Source: a virus
Taxonomy: Duplodnaviria > Caudoviricetes
Length of the DNA stretch: 35,349 nt
Virus record (IMG/VR): IMGVR_UViG_3300037424_000915
Coordinates: 1 to 35,349 of that record
Direction: 5' to 3' (one strand)
Shown: one piece after another, positions 8,955 to 16,936 of the stretch
How the letters are laid out: every line of letters starts with the position of its first letter
Position numbering within the stretch: position 1 is the first letter of the stretch
Notes under the pieces: generated by a model
What the model saw: the letters and a program-made list of their open reading frames with translations, nothing else
Databases searched by the model: none
What the model was told of the DNA's origin: nothing
Made by a program: the position numbers and the translations under genes

Positions 8955-10100
8955 GTGGCCACCCACTACCAGGTACGCCTGAAGGGTACAGACGGCCTGG
9001 TCACGGCCGTCTTCGAGGACACCGGCGGCTTCCTCTCTCTGAAGTATTCCCACAAGGTGAATGGCATCTCGGCCTTCGAGCTCGTGCTGCGAGGCGACGA
9101 TCCGCGCATCCCCCTCTTCGTTGCCGATGCCCAGGTAGAGATCTGGCGGCGCCATCAGCTCTGGGATCTGGACTGGTATCCAGAGTTCGAGGGCGTGGTC
9201 CGGGCCCCGGTTAGCAAGGTCCCCCAAGGGGATGCCAAGACGTTCAGCGCCAATGGCCAGAGTTACACCGACTTCCTTCGCCGGCGGGTGATCGCCTACA
9301 GCCAGGGGTCGGTGGGGGCGGCCAAGTCCGGCCCAGCCGAGACGGCAATGAAGGCCTACGTCAAGGAGAACCTGGGTTCCCTGGCCACCCTCGGCAATGG
9401 CCGCATGAGCGCCGGCGTGATGACGGGGCTGTCCGTCCAGACGGACCTCGCGCTCGGTTCGACCTGGACCGGCGATCGCTCTTACGAGAAGCTCCCCAAA
9501 GTTCTGCAGGAGATCGCTGCAGCCACCGGCCTGGACTTCGACATTGTGGGTACCGGCGCCGGCCTGTTCGAGTTCCGCACCTATGTCGGCCAGCGGGGTA
9601 CAGACCGGTCGACCCTGGGCCTGGACACGTTTACCGCTCGGAACGGAGTCGGCAACACGCCGGTCATCTTCTCGATCGAGAACGAGACGATGGTCGACGT
9701 CGTCTACTCGCTCAACCGGACGGACGAGGTCAACCGCTACTTCATCTTGGGACAGGGCCAGGGCTCCATCCGCCAGATCACGGTGAGCGACGACGCCTCT
9801 CTTCAGGACGACTCGCCGTGGAACCTGTGCGAGGAGTCCAGGAACGCCGTCCGGGAGGGAGACGTCGCTTCCCTCCCGCTGATTGGGAGTGCCGCCCTGG
9901 CCCAGGCCAAGATCCGGAAGGAGTTCAGCTTCAAGGTGCTGCAGCAGCCCCAGCAGCTCTACGGGAAGCACTACACCTGGGGCGACAAGGTGACGGCGGA
10001 CTTCCAGGACGTTGCTACCCATCTGAAGATCGTGGGCATGACCGGGGCGTTCGCTGAAGGCGGCGAGCGCATCGAGCTCGAGTTCGCCGAGGTCGGGTGA
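8955..10100 (+). CDS. Baseplate hub / siphovirus Gp37-like tail protein
   Basis: GTDRS...VIFS-x-E, GQGQG-x-x-R and YGKHYTWGDKVT motifs. Confidence 0.8.
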   Translation: MATHYQVRLKGTDGLVTAVFEDTGGFLSLKYSHKVNGISAFELVLRGDDPRIPLFVADAQVEIWRRHQLWDLDWYPEFEGVVRAPVSKVPQGDAKTFSANGQSYTDFLRRRVIAYSQGSVGAAKSGPAETAMKAYVKENLGSLATLGNGRMSAGVMTGLSVQTDLALGSTWTGDRSYEKLPKVLQEIAAATGLDFDIVGTGAGLFEFRTYVGQRGTDRSTLGLDTFTARNGVGNTPVIFSIENETMVDVVYSLNRTDEVNRYFILGQGQGSIRQITVSDDASLQDDSPWNLCEESRNAVREGDVASLPLIGSAALAQAKIRKEFSFKVLQQPQQLYGKHYTWGDKVTADFQDVATHLKIVGMTGAFAEGGERIELEFAEVG

Positions 10101-10103
10101 GCA

Positions 10104-10643
10104 ATGCTCCAGGATCCCGTCAACGATGCTCTGCGTCAGATGGCCGAGCGGATCCGGTCGCTAGAGGCCCGCTCCGGCTATTTCGAAGGCGTGCAGTTCT
10201 CGGCTGCCGATGCCGCAGCGTTGCTTATCTCTGCCGCACCTCAGAGCATCCCGGACAACGCCTGGACCGAAGTCGACTTCGATTTCGCATCCGGAGGGAC
10301 CTGGTCGCTGGGCCTGCCGATCGAGGATGGCCATGCCCTAGGCGACAACATCGACAAGATCAAGGCGACGCTCATCCCGGCCGAGCACATCCTGCTCTTC
10401 ACGATGGAGGTGGAGTTCGCCTCCAATGCCACGGGCCGGCGGGGTCTTCGCTGGTTGGCCAGCGACGGATCTTCCGTGACGCGCTTGACGGCGGCGATTA
10501 GCGGGGACGTGACTTCCTTCGACGGGATCCACTGGCGCAGGCAGATCATCGCCTCGACCTACTACCACTGCCAGGTCTATCAGAACTCGGGGGCACCTCT
10601 CAATCTGACCTTCTTCGACTTCGGCGCGTTCCGGTTCAGGTGA
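10104..10643 (+). CDS. Minor tail protein (N-terminal coiled coil plus beta-sandwich)
   Basis: ERIRSLEAR coil; QSIPDNAWT-x-V-x-F, NATGRR and VYQNSGAPL motifs of tail-tip jelly-roll domains. Confidence 0.65.
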   Translation: MLQDPVNDALRQMAERIRSLEARSGYFEGVQFSAADAAALLISAAPQSIPDNAWTEVDFDFASGGTWSLGLPIEDGHALGDNIDKIKATLIPAEHILLFTMEVEFASNATGRRGLRWLASDGSSVTRLTAAISGDVTSFDGIHWRRQIIASTYYHCQVYQNSGAPLNLTFFDFGAFRFR

Positions 10644-10647
10644 AAGC

Positions 10648-11004
10648 ATGCAGCTCCTGTCGATCGACAAGCCCTTCCGGATGGAAACGCTCATGGACGA
10701 GCTCCTCGCCGCGTTCCCCGAGTGGATCGGCGAGCAGATCCTGCCCGACGTAGGCCGGCCTGAGCCGCTGGCCCTCTTCAGCCTCACAGGGAACGAGCTC
10801 CGCTTCCCGGACGGGACGGATCTGGGGGCGGTGCAGGCCATGATCGACGCCCACGACCCCGTCCCTGAGCATCCGGTGCTTCTGCGGAAACGGTTGGCGC
10901 GGGAGCAGATTGAGGCGGTCAGGGGGATGAAGCTGGACCAACTCGGGCCGGCGGAACTCTCGGAACTGCTCGAGGCCCTGGTAGAGCTGGCGGAGGTCTC
11001 ATGA
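10648..11004 (+). CDS. Hypothetical tail-associated protein (possible fibre chaperone)
   Basis: Tightly packed after tail genes; IDAHDP motif. Confidence 0.55.
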   Translation: MQLLSIDKPFRMETLMDELLAAFPEWIGEQILPDVGRPEPLALFSLTGNELRFPDGTDLGAVQAMIDAHDPVPEHPVLLRKRLAREQIEAVRGMKLDQLGPAELSELLEALVELAEVS

Positions 11005-11927
11005 ATATCGACATTGGCAAGTCGACCTTCCTCTGGAACACGCCCCTGGTCTGCGGCGGCAACCCCTCGGCGATCGCCGACAAGCTGATCGAGGGCGGCT
11101 TCGACCAGGTCATCCTGAAGGTGGCCGACGGGGCGAAGAAGCACGTCACCAACGTCGGCTCTTTCATCAAGCCGAAGTGGGTCGAGGCCGTTTCCCGGGA
11201 AACGGTGCGGGTCCTCCAGGCGCGAGGGCTCAAGGTCTTCGGCTACGGCTTCTGCTACGGGGTCGACATCCCGGGCGAGGCGCACATCGCCATCTCGCAG
11301 ACCATCGCCCTCCTCAAGCTGGACGGCTACGTCTTCGACGTCGAGGGGCGCTTCGAGGGACAGTCTGACTCTCCTGGCCGGGCTCGGACCTTGGGCGCGA
11401 TCTTCCGCAGCGGGTGCCCCACAACGCCGGCGATCTTCTGCGGCTTCGCGATGTTCAGGTCTTACGGTGGCGGGACCTGGCACAACGTGGAGCTGCACAA
11501 GGCGATGATGGCCTGGTGCGACGCCGGAATGCCGATGTGCTACTGGCCGGCCGACCCGAAGAAGTCGGCGGCCAACCATGTGGCGAACGCCCTGGCGCTG
11601 CTCAATGAGACGATGCACCAGTGGCGGTCCATCACCCAGAAGCCAATCTACCCGGTCGGGCGGGCCTACAACGGGGACATGGGCGTGGCATCGCCGGAGG
11701 CCATGATCGCCTTTGACCACGAGGTACACGAGATTGGGCTGAAGGGGATCAGCTGGTGGGTGCTGGACGCGGCGCTGAAGCTCTCCCCGACGATCTGGGC
11801 CGCGCTCAAGTCCATGCCGGGGTTCGCCCCCGCACCACCCCCATCCCCGGCGCCGGCGCCGCTGACCCTTGAGGAGCGCGTGACCGCGCTCGAAGCCCTA
11901 CACCTACCCGGAGGCCTGCACCCGTGA
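11001..11927 (+). CDS. Putative endolysin (glycoside hydrolase TIM-barrel, GH25-like)
   Basis: VILKVADG, LKVFGYGFCYG, GYVFDVEG, MP-x-x-YW and GISWW motifs; between tail genes and membrane proteins. Confidence 0.72.
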   Translation: MNIDIGKSTFLWNTPLVCGGNPSAIADKLIEGGFDQVILKVADGAKKHVTNVGSFIKPKWVEAVSRETVRVLQARGLKVFGYGFCYGVDIPGEAHIAISQTIALLKLDGYVFDVEGRFEGQSDSPGRARTLGAIFRSGCPTTPAIFCGFAMFRSYGGGTWHNVELHKAMMAWCDAGMPMCYWPADPKKSAANHVANALALLNETMHQWRSITQKPIYPVGRAYNGDMGVASPEAMIAFDHEVHEIGLKGISWWVLDAALKLSPTIWAALKSMPGFAPAPPPSPAPAPLTLEERVTALEALHLPGGLHP

Positions 11928-12238
11928 ACGATCTCTTCCAGAACATCCCGCGTCAGGACGACCCCGAGGATGATCCCCTGATGGAGGTGCTGCAGGACGT
12001 TCTCGACAACGGCGGCCCTGTCCCGGACGAAGTCACGCCGCGCCTCATCATGGGGGCGGTCCGTAGCACCTATCGCGCCACCATCCGCGGGCTGAACACC
12101 AGCCGCCGGAATCAGGTCCATCTTTGGGCACTCACCGCCGTCGTCGTAGGAGGTCTCCTTGTCTTGATCGCCATCCGGCACAACGACCTAGCCGTCATCG
12201 GAGGGCTGCTCGGCGTGCCCCTCCCCATCTTCCCGTAA
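11924..12238 (+). CDS. Membrane protein in lysis cassette (holin/antiholin candidate)
   Basis: C-terminal hydrophobic helix LWALTAVVVGGLLVLIAI; coupled to the lysin stop. Confidence 0.55.
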   Translation: MNDLFQNIPRQDDPEDDPLMEVLQDVLDNGGPVPDEVTPRLIMGAVRSTYRATIRGLNTSRRNQVHLWALTAVVVGGLLVLIAIRHNDLAVIGGLLGVPLPIFP

Positions 12239-12248
12239 GGAGAATCGA

Positions 12249-12677
12249 ATGAAGACCTTTCGCCTGTTTCCGCTGATCGTCCTCGTCTTCCTGTCGCTGT
12301 TCCTCGTCGCCGCTCGGTCGCTGCAGCCGACGGATCCCACCGACCTGGTGGCCGTCCTGACCTGGCTCGCCGGCCTGGGCGCCGTGTACATCGTCGGCTA
12401 CGGCGTCTCGTTCCTGTTCGAGAAGGTCCCCGGCTGGGGGATGAAGGTCCCCGGCTGGGCGAAGGGAGTGATCACCATCGCCGTCTCGGTCGGCTTGGCG
12501 CTCGGCGCCAGATACCTGCTCGGACGAAGCGACATCATCGAGCTGCTCGGCCCCATCTTCACGCTGATCGTCCAAATGGCGCTGGCCTACATCGGCACGC
12601 AGAAGGCCTTCGTCTATCAGCGGGAAGAGAAACTGCTGGCCACCCGGCCGAAGGTGCCGACGCCAGCGAAGGCGTAG
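12249..12677 (+). CDS. Putative holin (multi-TM)
   Basis: RBS TAAGGAG; 3-4 hydrophobic segments and a basic C-terminus; follows the lysin. Confidence 0.65.
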   Translation: MKTFRLFPLIVLVFLSLFLVAARSLQPTDPTDLVAVLTWLAGLGAVYIVGYGVSFLFEKVPGWGMKVPGWAKGVITIAVSVGLALGARYLLGRSDIIELLGPIFTLIVQMALAYIGTQKAFVYQREEKLLATRPKVPTPAKA

Positions 12678-12685
12678 GGAGCTCC

Positions 12686-12707
12686 CCTGTCCCTTTCGAG
12701 GGACAGG
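12686..12707 (+). terminator. GC hairpin after lysis cassette (possible terminator or RNA stabiliser)
   Basis: CCTGTCCCT-TTCG-AGGGACAGG, 9-bp perfect stem with UUCG loop; no U-tract. Confidence 0.45.
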
Positions 12708-12780
12708 CGCGGGGCCGCGTATGCAAAAGAGGCGCATCCGGCGCCAAAATGTATACGCGGCCCCTGCTCCCCCCAATCTC

Positions 12781-13197
12781 ATGAGCAAACCCAGGCGAAC
12801 GATCGCGTGGCCGATCACGGACCCGCACGGTGGATACCGCTTCGGCCTGATGAGACCCGGCATAGAGCTCGAGGCGATGGACGAGAAGGAAGACTGCTTC
12901 ATCCCCAAGGCGACGGCCTTCCAGAAGGTCATCTGGAAGCACTACTTGAGCGACATCGAGTACGTCAAGAAGCTGGCCGCCGGCGACGACATCGTTCTCT
13001 TCCTCCTGGGCGATCTTATCCAGGGGACGATCCTGCGCGATGGGATGCTAGTTACGCCGAGGCTAGAGGACCAGTTCGCCATTATCGAGGACGCGCTCGA
13101 GCCGATCTTGGCGCTGCCCAACCTCAAGCGGGTCTACCTCTGCAAGGGCACCGGCGCCCACACGATCCAAGTGTTTCGCCGGGAGGTGTTCAGTTGA
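12781..13197 (+). pseudogene. Truncated calcineurin-like metallophosphoesterase
   Basis: ITDPHGG (DxH), LLGDLIQG (GD) and KGTGAH motifs present; ORF ends 11 aa later without the downstream His motifs. Alternative start at 12721. Confidence 0.6.
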
Positions 13198-13517
13198 ACG
13201 GCGTCCGAATCTTCGAACTGCTGATGTCTGTCGTCACCCTGACGGGTGCATGGATGGTCGGCAACAAGAGCGTCTGGGGCCAGCGAATGAACATGGCGGC
13301 GATTGCTATGTGGTGGCTCTACATCCCCATCGCAGCGGCGTGGGGCCTCATCCCCATGCAGATCGGCTTCTCCGTCATCGGGACCCGCAACTGGTTGAAG
13401 TGGGAGCGCGAGGCCAGAAGGAGCCCGCCCTACGGCTTGACCCTCCCCAGCCAGGCATGGAAGCGATACGACGACGCGCATCCCGATCGTATGCCGACCC
13501 ACACGGAGTTGGACTGA
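13194..13517 (+). CDS. Small membrane protein, PnuC-like 3-helix unit
   Basis: TTG start after GGAGGTG, overlapping the upstream stop; GAW-x-x-GNK-x-x-WG...W...WGL...RNW-x-KW pattern. Confidence 0.6.
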   Translation: MNGVRIFELLMSVVTLTGAWMVGNKSVWGQRMNMAAIAMWWLYIPIAAAWGLIPMQIGFSVIGTRNWLKWEREARRSPPYGLTLPSQAWKRYDDAHPDRMPTHTELD

Positions 13518-13747
13518 TGGCCAAGAGCAAGCCCAGTCTCGAGGAGCAGATCTTCGATGAGGTCGCGGCCCTGGCGGCGCAGTACCACGAGATCCCCGAG
13601 GGAGCCAAGACCTTCGAGGGGCTGCTGGCCGAGTTCCCTCAGATTCCCAAGAGCCCCCTGAACAAGTGGCTAGCCAAGAAGGTCAAGAGCGGGGAGTGGC
13701 TGAAGGGGCGCCGGGCGAACGCGACGTACTACTGGCCGGCCAAGTGA
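13517..13747 (+). CDS. Small winged-helix-like hypothetical protein
   Basis: TGATG coupling; L-x-KKVKSG...YYW wing pattern. Confidence 0.55.
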   Translation: MAKSKPSLEEQIFDEVAALAAQYHEIPEGAKTFEGLLAEFPQIPKSPLNKWLAKKVKSGEWLKGRRANATYYWPAK

Positions 13748-14169
13748 CCTTTCGCAAGGTAGACAACCAGTACTACAACGCCGAGGTCGAGGCGCGCGTG
13801 GATCTCATGGGCGCCTTCCCCTGCGTTGAGGACGCCCAGCTATATGCTAATCACATTGTGGGAAGGAAGTGGTACCGCGAGACATTCGGGGAGTTCGAGG
13901 TAGAGGTCCGCTACGTCCGCCGAGTGCAGGTCTGCGGCACCCACCGACAGCGGGGAAAGTTCTATATCGACGAGACGCTGGGGAGGCTATGCGAGGGCGT
14001 GATGATCCACGAGTTGGGCCACGTCCCCACCTACGTTCCCGGTCTTGAACATCGGGACCACGGGCCGGCCTTCATCCGGGCGCACCTGCTGATCCTGGAC
14101 CACATGGTGATGGATTACTACGCCGAGCAATTCCGCGTGGCGCTGAAGAAGCGCGGGTTCACCTGGTGA
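13744..14169 (+). CDS. HEXXH zinc metallohydrolase (Rv0185/TIGR04338-like)
   Basis: GTGA coupling; YNAE N-terminal motif, MIHELGH and HGPAF. Confidence 0.7.
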   Translation: MTFRKVDNQYYNAEVEARVDLMGAFPCVEDAQLYANHIVGRKWYRETFGEFEVEVRYVRRVQVCGTHRQRGKFYIDETLGRLCEGVMIHELGHVPTYVPGLEHRDHGPAFIRAHLLILDHMVMDYYAEQFRVALKKRGFTW

Positions 14170-14191
14170 TACGACCAACTTCTTTGGTGGC

Positions 14192-14494
14192 CTACCCGAT
14201 CGGCTCGCCGCACTTCGGGCACACCCGAGGCTTGCGAGGCCGGCGCTGCGCGAGGCCGAGAAGCACGCGCAGAGCATGACGCTTCGGGGGCCGGCCCAGC
14301 ATGGCAAACCGCCACAGTTCCTGGTGCCGCTTCTCCCCGAAGTAGTCGGCGATTTTGCGCCAGGTCATTCCGCCCTCATGCAGCTCTAACAGCCAGCGCC
14401 GGGGGGCCTGCAAGTTTCCCCGCAGGTCCCCCGTAATCGCGTCCTGGGCTTGTCCAGGGGTGGCCAACGATACTCCTGACGGTCCCCCGTTCAT
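14192..14494 (-). CDS. Hypothetical DNA-binding protein (HTH-like plus C-terminal CxxC)
   Basis: GMTWRKIADYFG helix-turn-helix-like segment; CPKCG; last gene of the leftward operon. Confidence 0.55.
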   Translation of the reverse strand: MNGGPSGVSLATPGQAQDAITGDLRGNLQAPRRWLLELHEGGMTWRKIADYFGEKRHQELWRFAMLGRPPKRHALRVLLGLAQRRPRKPRVCPKCGEPIG

Positions 14495-14497
14495 GCT

Positions 14498-15373
14498 CTA
14501 GCCTCCCTTCTGCATCCGCCGCAGGGCCTCTTCGAAGTCGCCGTTGCATTCCTGGAGCGCCCGCTTGCCCTCGTCCGTGCTGAGGCCCTGGTGCTTGACC
14601 TCGGCCCAGAAGGCGGTGACGACCCCTGACTTCGCTTGGGTCCCGTTGGTGGGTGTGGTGGTGGTTCCGTTGGTGATCGGTGTCGGCTCCGAAGGCGCCG
14701 GCGGCAGCGGGGCGCCCTCGGGAGAGCCGGTGAGCTCCGACCAATCTCCCTCAACCGGGTCGTCGCCGGGTTCTGACGGGACGGCGAAGGGGAGGTCGAA
14801 GCGGCGCTTGAGCGCATCGGCCTCGGCCCGCTTCATGGCGACCTGGACGGGACTCATCTTCGTGCTCTCGCCTCGCTTCACATAGCCGACACCCTCGATG
14901 TACGGCCGCGCTCCGATGATCTTGGGAACCATATCGACGGGCACACCCTTCGACGTAAGCTCGGCCCAGGCCTCGGAGTAGGCGCGGATGGTGTTGCTGT
15001 CCCGGAGGATGCACCGGAAGGCGAGGGCCTCGTCCGGGATCATCATGGAGTGCCGATCGTCCGGGTTCTTGATCTCCTCGAACTCGGTCCAGAAGTTGCC
15101 CTGGATCTGCTGGCGCGCCGCCTTGCGAAGTCCCTTGATGCCCGCCATCAGGCCGGAGCCAGGGATGAACCAGATCTCGCCGTTGAATGGATCGAGGCCG
15201 TGTGCCACTGCGCCCTGGGCGAGGGCGAGTGCCTCGTTCTCGTTCAGCCGCTTGGCGCCCGGCGCCATCAGTTGGATGCGCTGGGCAATCTCACGGATCT
15301 CGGCGCGCTGTCCCCAGGGGGCGACTCTGGATTCGTTCGTGGTGGGCTGTAGCCCCTTCTCTTGCTCGGTCAT
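14498..15373 (-). CDS. RecT/Red-beta family single-strand annealing protein
   Basis: RBS GAGGAGGAG; HGLDPFNGEIWFI and AMKRAEADALKRRF motifs; Pro/Thr linker then a small helical C-terminal domain. Confidence 0.75.
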   Translation of the reverse strand: MTEQEKGLQPTTNESRVAPWGQRAEIREIAQRIQLMAPGAKRLNENEALALAQGAVAHGLDPFNGEIWFIPGSGLMAGIKGLRKAARQQIQGNFWTEFEEIKNPDDRHSMMIPDEALAFRCILRDSNTIRAYSEAWAELTSKGVPVDMVPKIIGARPYIEGVGYVKRGESTKMSPVQVAMKRAEADALKRRFDLPFAVPSEPGDDPVEGDWSELTGSPEGAPLPPAPSEPTPITNGTTTTPTNGTQAKSGVVTAFWAEVKHQGLSTDEGKRALQECNGDFEEALRRMQKGG

Positions 15374-15383
15374 GATCTCCTCC

Positions 15384-15761
15384 TCAGAATGGAATTTCGT
15401 CGTCGGTTACAGTCTCGACCGGCTGGTAGCCGCCGGGCTCGCCCATGTCCGGGCGGGGCTCTACCCACTCCACGTCGGGCATGTGAGCGCTATCCTCGGC
15501 CGCCCACTGCGCCTCTTGCTCTGCGCTCTCGGCCTGGGCCTGGCGCTGTACATCCGCCGCGCTGGCCACAAGCAACGGATCGGCCTGCTCCGGCAGGAAC
15601 AGGTCGATCTCCTCGGCCGCGGCTTCGAGCTGCCGCATCTGAATGGCCAAGGAGGGATTGTCTCTGCGGACTTTCGAGGCGGTCAGCTTGCTCCATGAGT
15701 GGTAGGCGTTGCGCGCCGCCTCCTGCAGCCGCCGCACCTGCGCCAGCGCCTCAGCGTTCAT
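15384..15761 (-). CDS. Hypothetical helical acidic protein ending in SSB-type tail DDEIPF
   Basis: ATG at 15761 after AAGGAG; C-terminus VTDDEIPF. Confidence 0.7.
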   Translation of the reverse strand: MNAEALAQVRRLQEAARNAYHSWSKLTASKVRRDNPSLAIQMRQLEAAAEEIDLFLPEQADPLLVASAADVQRQAQAESAEQEAQWAAEDSAHMPDVEWVEPRPDMGEPGGYQPVETVTDDEIPF

Positions 15762-15975
15762 GGCGCCGCTCCTTCTCACTGTGGCGACCGTTGCCAGCAG
15801 CTACCGGCCCGGCCAGCACGATCGAGCCAGCGTTGCCGCTGCGCACGATCTCCTTCGGCGCCGACCCGAAGCGCGCCGTGAAGTGCGCCACGATGTCGTC
15901 GTCCGACAGGTCGGACGTGAAGCCCTGGTAATACAGCCGCTTGTGCGTCGGTGTTCTCACGATCGGCACCTTCAC
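15751..15975 (-). CDS. Hypothetical protein
   Basis: GTG start overlapping the upstream TGA; F-x-x-RFG-x-x-P...LAGPV. Confidence 0.55.
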   Translation of the reverse strand: MKVPIVRTPTHKRLYYQGFTSDLSDDDIVAHFTARFGSAPKEIVRSGNAGSIVLAGPVAAGNGRHSEKERRHER

Positions 15976-16184
15976 AGTCCGCGCTCCGCCGGGTGCGCCG
16001 GGCGGCAGTCGTAGCAGTGGCTGCGCCCCTGGTAGCGATCGAGGGCGTTCACGGGCTTCGTCTCGCGGCAGGACCAGCATGTGATCTCGACCTGGCCGCC
16101 CTCAAGACGATCCCCCAGGGCCATCATGGCCATCGTGCTGTTCAGATCCCGCCCGAGCTTCGCCATCTTCGCTGGGTGCTTCAT
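15972..16184 (-). CDS. Small zinc-finger protein
   Basis: ATGA coupling; CWSC...CYDC. Confidence 0.6.
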   Translation of the reverse strand: MKHPAKMAKLGRDLNSTMAMMALGDRLEGGQVEITCWSCRETKPVNALDRYQGRSHCYDCRPAHPAERGL

Positions 16185-16495
16185 CGCTGCCACTCCAGGA
16201 GCCGCGCCATGAACACGGCGGCCTCGGCTCGGGTGAGCGGGCGGTCCGGGCAAAACATCGAGGGATCGGCGGAGCAGCCCGCCGTCAGACCAGCGAGGCG
16301 GATCTCCTCGATGAAGCCCTCGGCCCAGTGGCCCTGGACGTCGGTGAAGGGGGCGGCGATGGGGGCGCCATCTGGCTGGGCGCCCATCTTGGTGGCCAGA
16401 ACGGCTCCGCCTATCCCTCCAGCCACGAAGATGGCCGCGATCGCAAAGGCCACCGCTGCCCCGATTGCCATGTGGTAGGTCGCCTTCTCGTTCAT
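16181..16495 (-). CDS. Membrane-anchored/exported single S-layer homology (SLH) domain protein
   Basis: N-terminal hydrophobic helix; FTDVQGHWAEGFIEEI...GLTAGC...FCPDRPLTRAEAAVFMAR is an SLH signature. Confidence 0.85.
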   Translation of the reverse strand: MNEKATYHMAIGAAVAFAIAAIFVAGGIGGAVLATKMGAQPDGAPIAAPFTDVQGHWAEGFIEEIRLAGLTAGCSADPSMFCPDRPLTRAEAAVFMARLLEWQR

Positions 16496-16571
16496 CGCTT
16501 CTCCCTCTTATCTTGCGCCCCGCAGAACAGCCGTTCTATCGCTCGCGGGGGTGGACTTGTCTCTCAGTGAC

Positions 16572-16599
16572 ATATTATCATGTTTGCAATAGAATGCAA
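16572..16599 (-). promoter_or_regulatory. Candidate leftward promoter
   Basis: Minus strand reads TTGCAT-N16-TAATAT with TG at the extended -10 position, in an AT-rich island upstream of the SLH gene. Confidence 0.5.
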
Positions 16600-16617
16600 T
16601 AGGCAATCTGCAAGCAA
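16585..16617. promoter_or_regulatory. Candidate operator repeats
   Basis: TGCAATAG at 16585 and 16595 (10-bp period), plus GCAA cores at 16603, 16610 and 16614, between divergent promoters. Confidence 0.5.
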
Positions 16618-16619
16618 AC

Positions 16620-16648
16620 TTGACACGCCAGCAAACCGGGGGTATGAT
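16620..16648 (+). promoter_or_regulatory. Near-consensus sigma70/sigmaA rightward promoter
   Basis: TTGACA (16620-16625), 17-nt spacer, TATGAT (16643-16648). Confidence 0.8.
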
Positions 16649-16691
16649 TTGGAGCGTGAGTGCAGTGGCCGAACTACCCCAGGAGGAGCAG

Positions 16692-16922
16692 GTGACCAGG
16701 CCGCGCCGCAAGTTGCGCGTCCCGGAGCTGCTCAAGGCGCGAGGGCTGACGGTGCTGGACCTGATCCAGCGGCCCGAGTTCCTGATCCCGCCGGCCACGG
16801 CCTACAGACTCGCCCGTGAAGACATGACGACTCACGCCGTCGGGCTGGACGTTCTTGAACGTCTCAGCCGCGGCTTCGGGGTTGACGTGGGCGATCTGTG
16901 GGTTTGGGAGGAGGGAGAGTAG
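16692..16922 (+). CDS. Cro/CI-type HTH transcriptional regulator (XRE/HTH_26-like)
   Basis: GTG after AGGAGG; LRVPELLKARGLTVLDL...TAYRLA...LDVLERLSRGFGVDVGDL. Confidence 0.82.
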   Translation: MTRPRRKLRVPELLKARGLTVLDLIQRPEFLIPPATAYRLAREDMTTHAVGLDVLERLSRGFGVDVGDLWVWEEGE

Positions 16923-16936
16923 CCAGGGGACGACGT

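Noticed and set aside
10338-11729. 463-aa minus-strand ORF
   Set aside because: Antisense shadow of tail and lysin genes.
12807-13193. N-terminal extensions of track ORFs (12807, also 3051, 13250, 13666, 20667, 23457)
   Set aside because: They overlap upstream genes; internal starts with RBS or stop-start coupling fit better.
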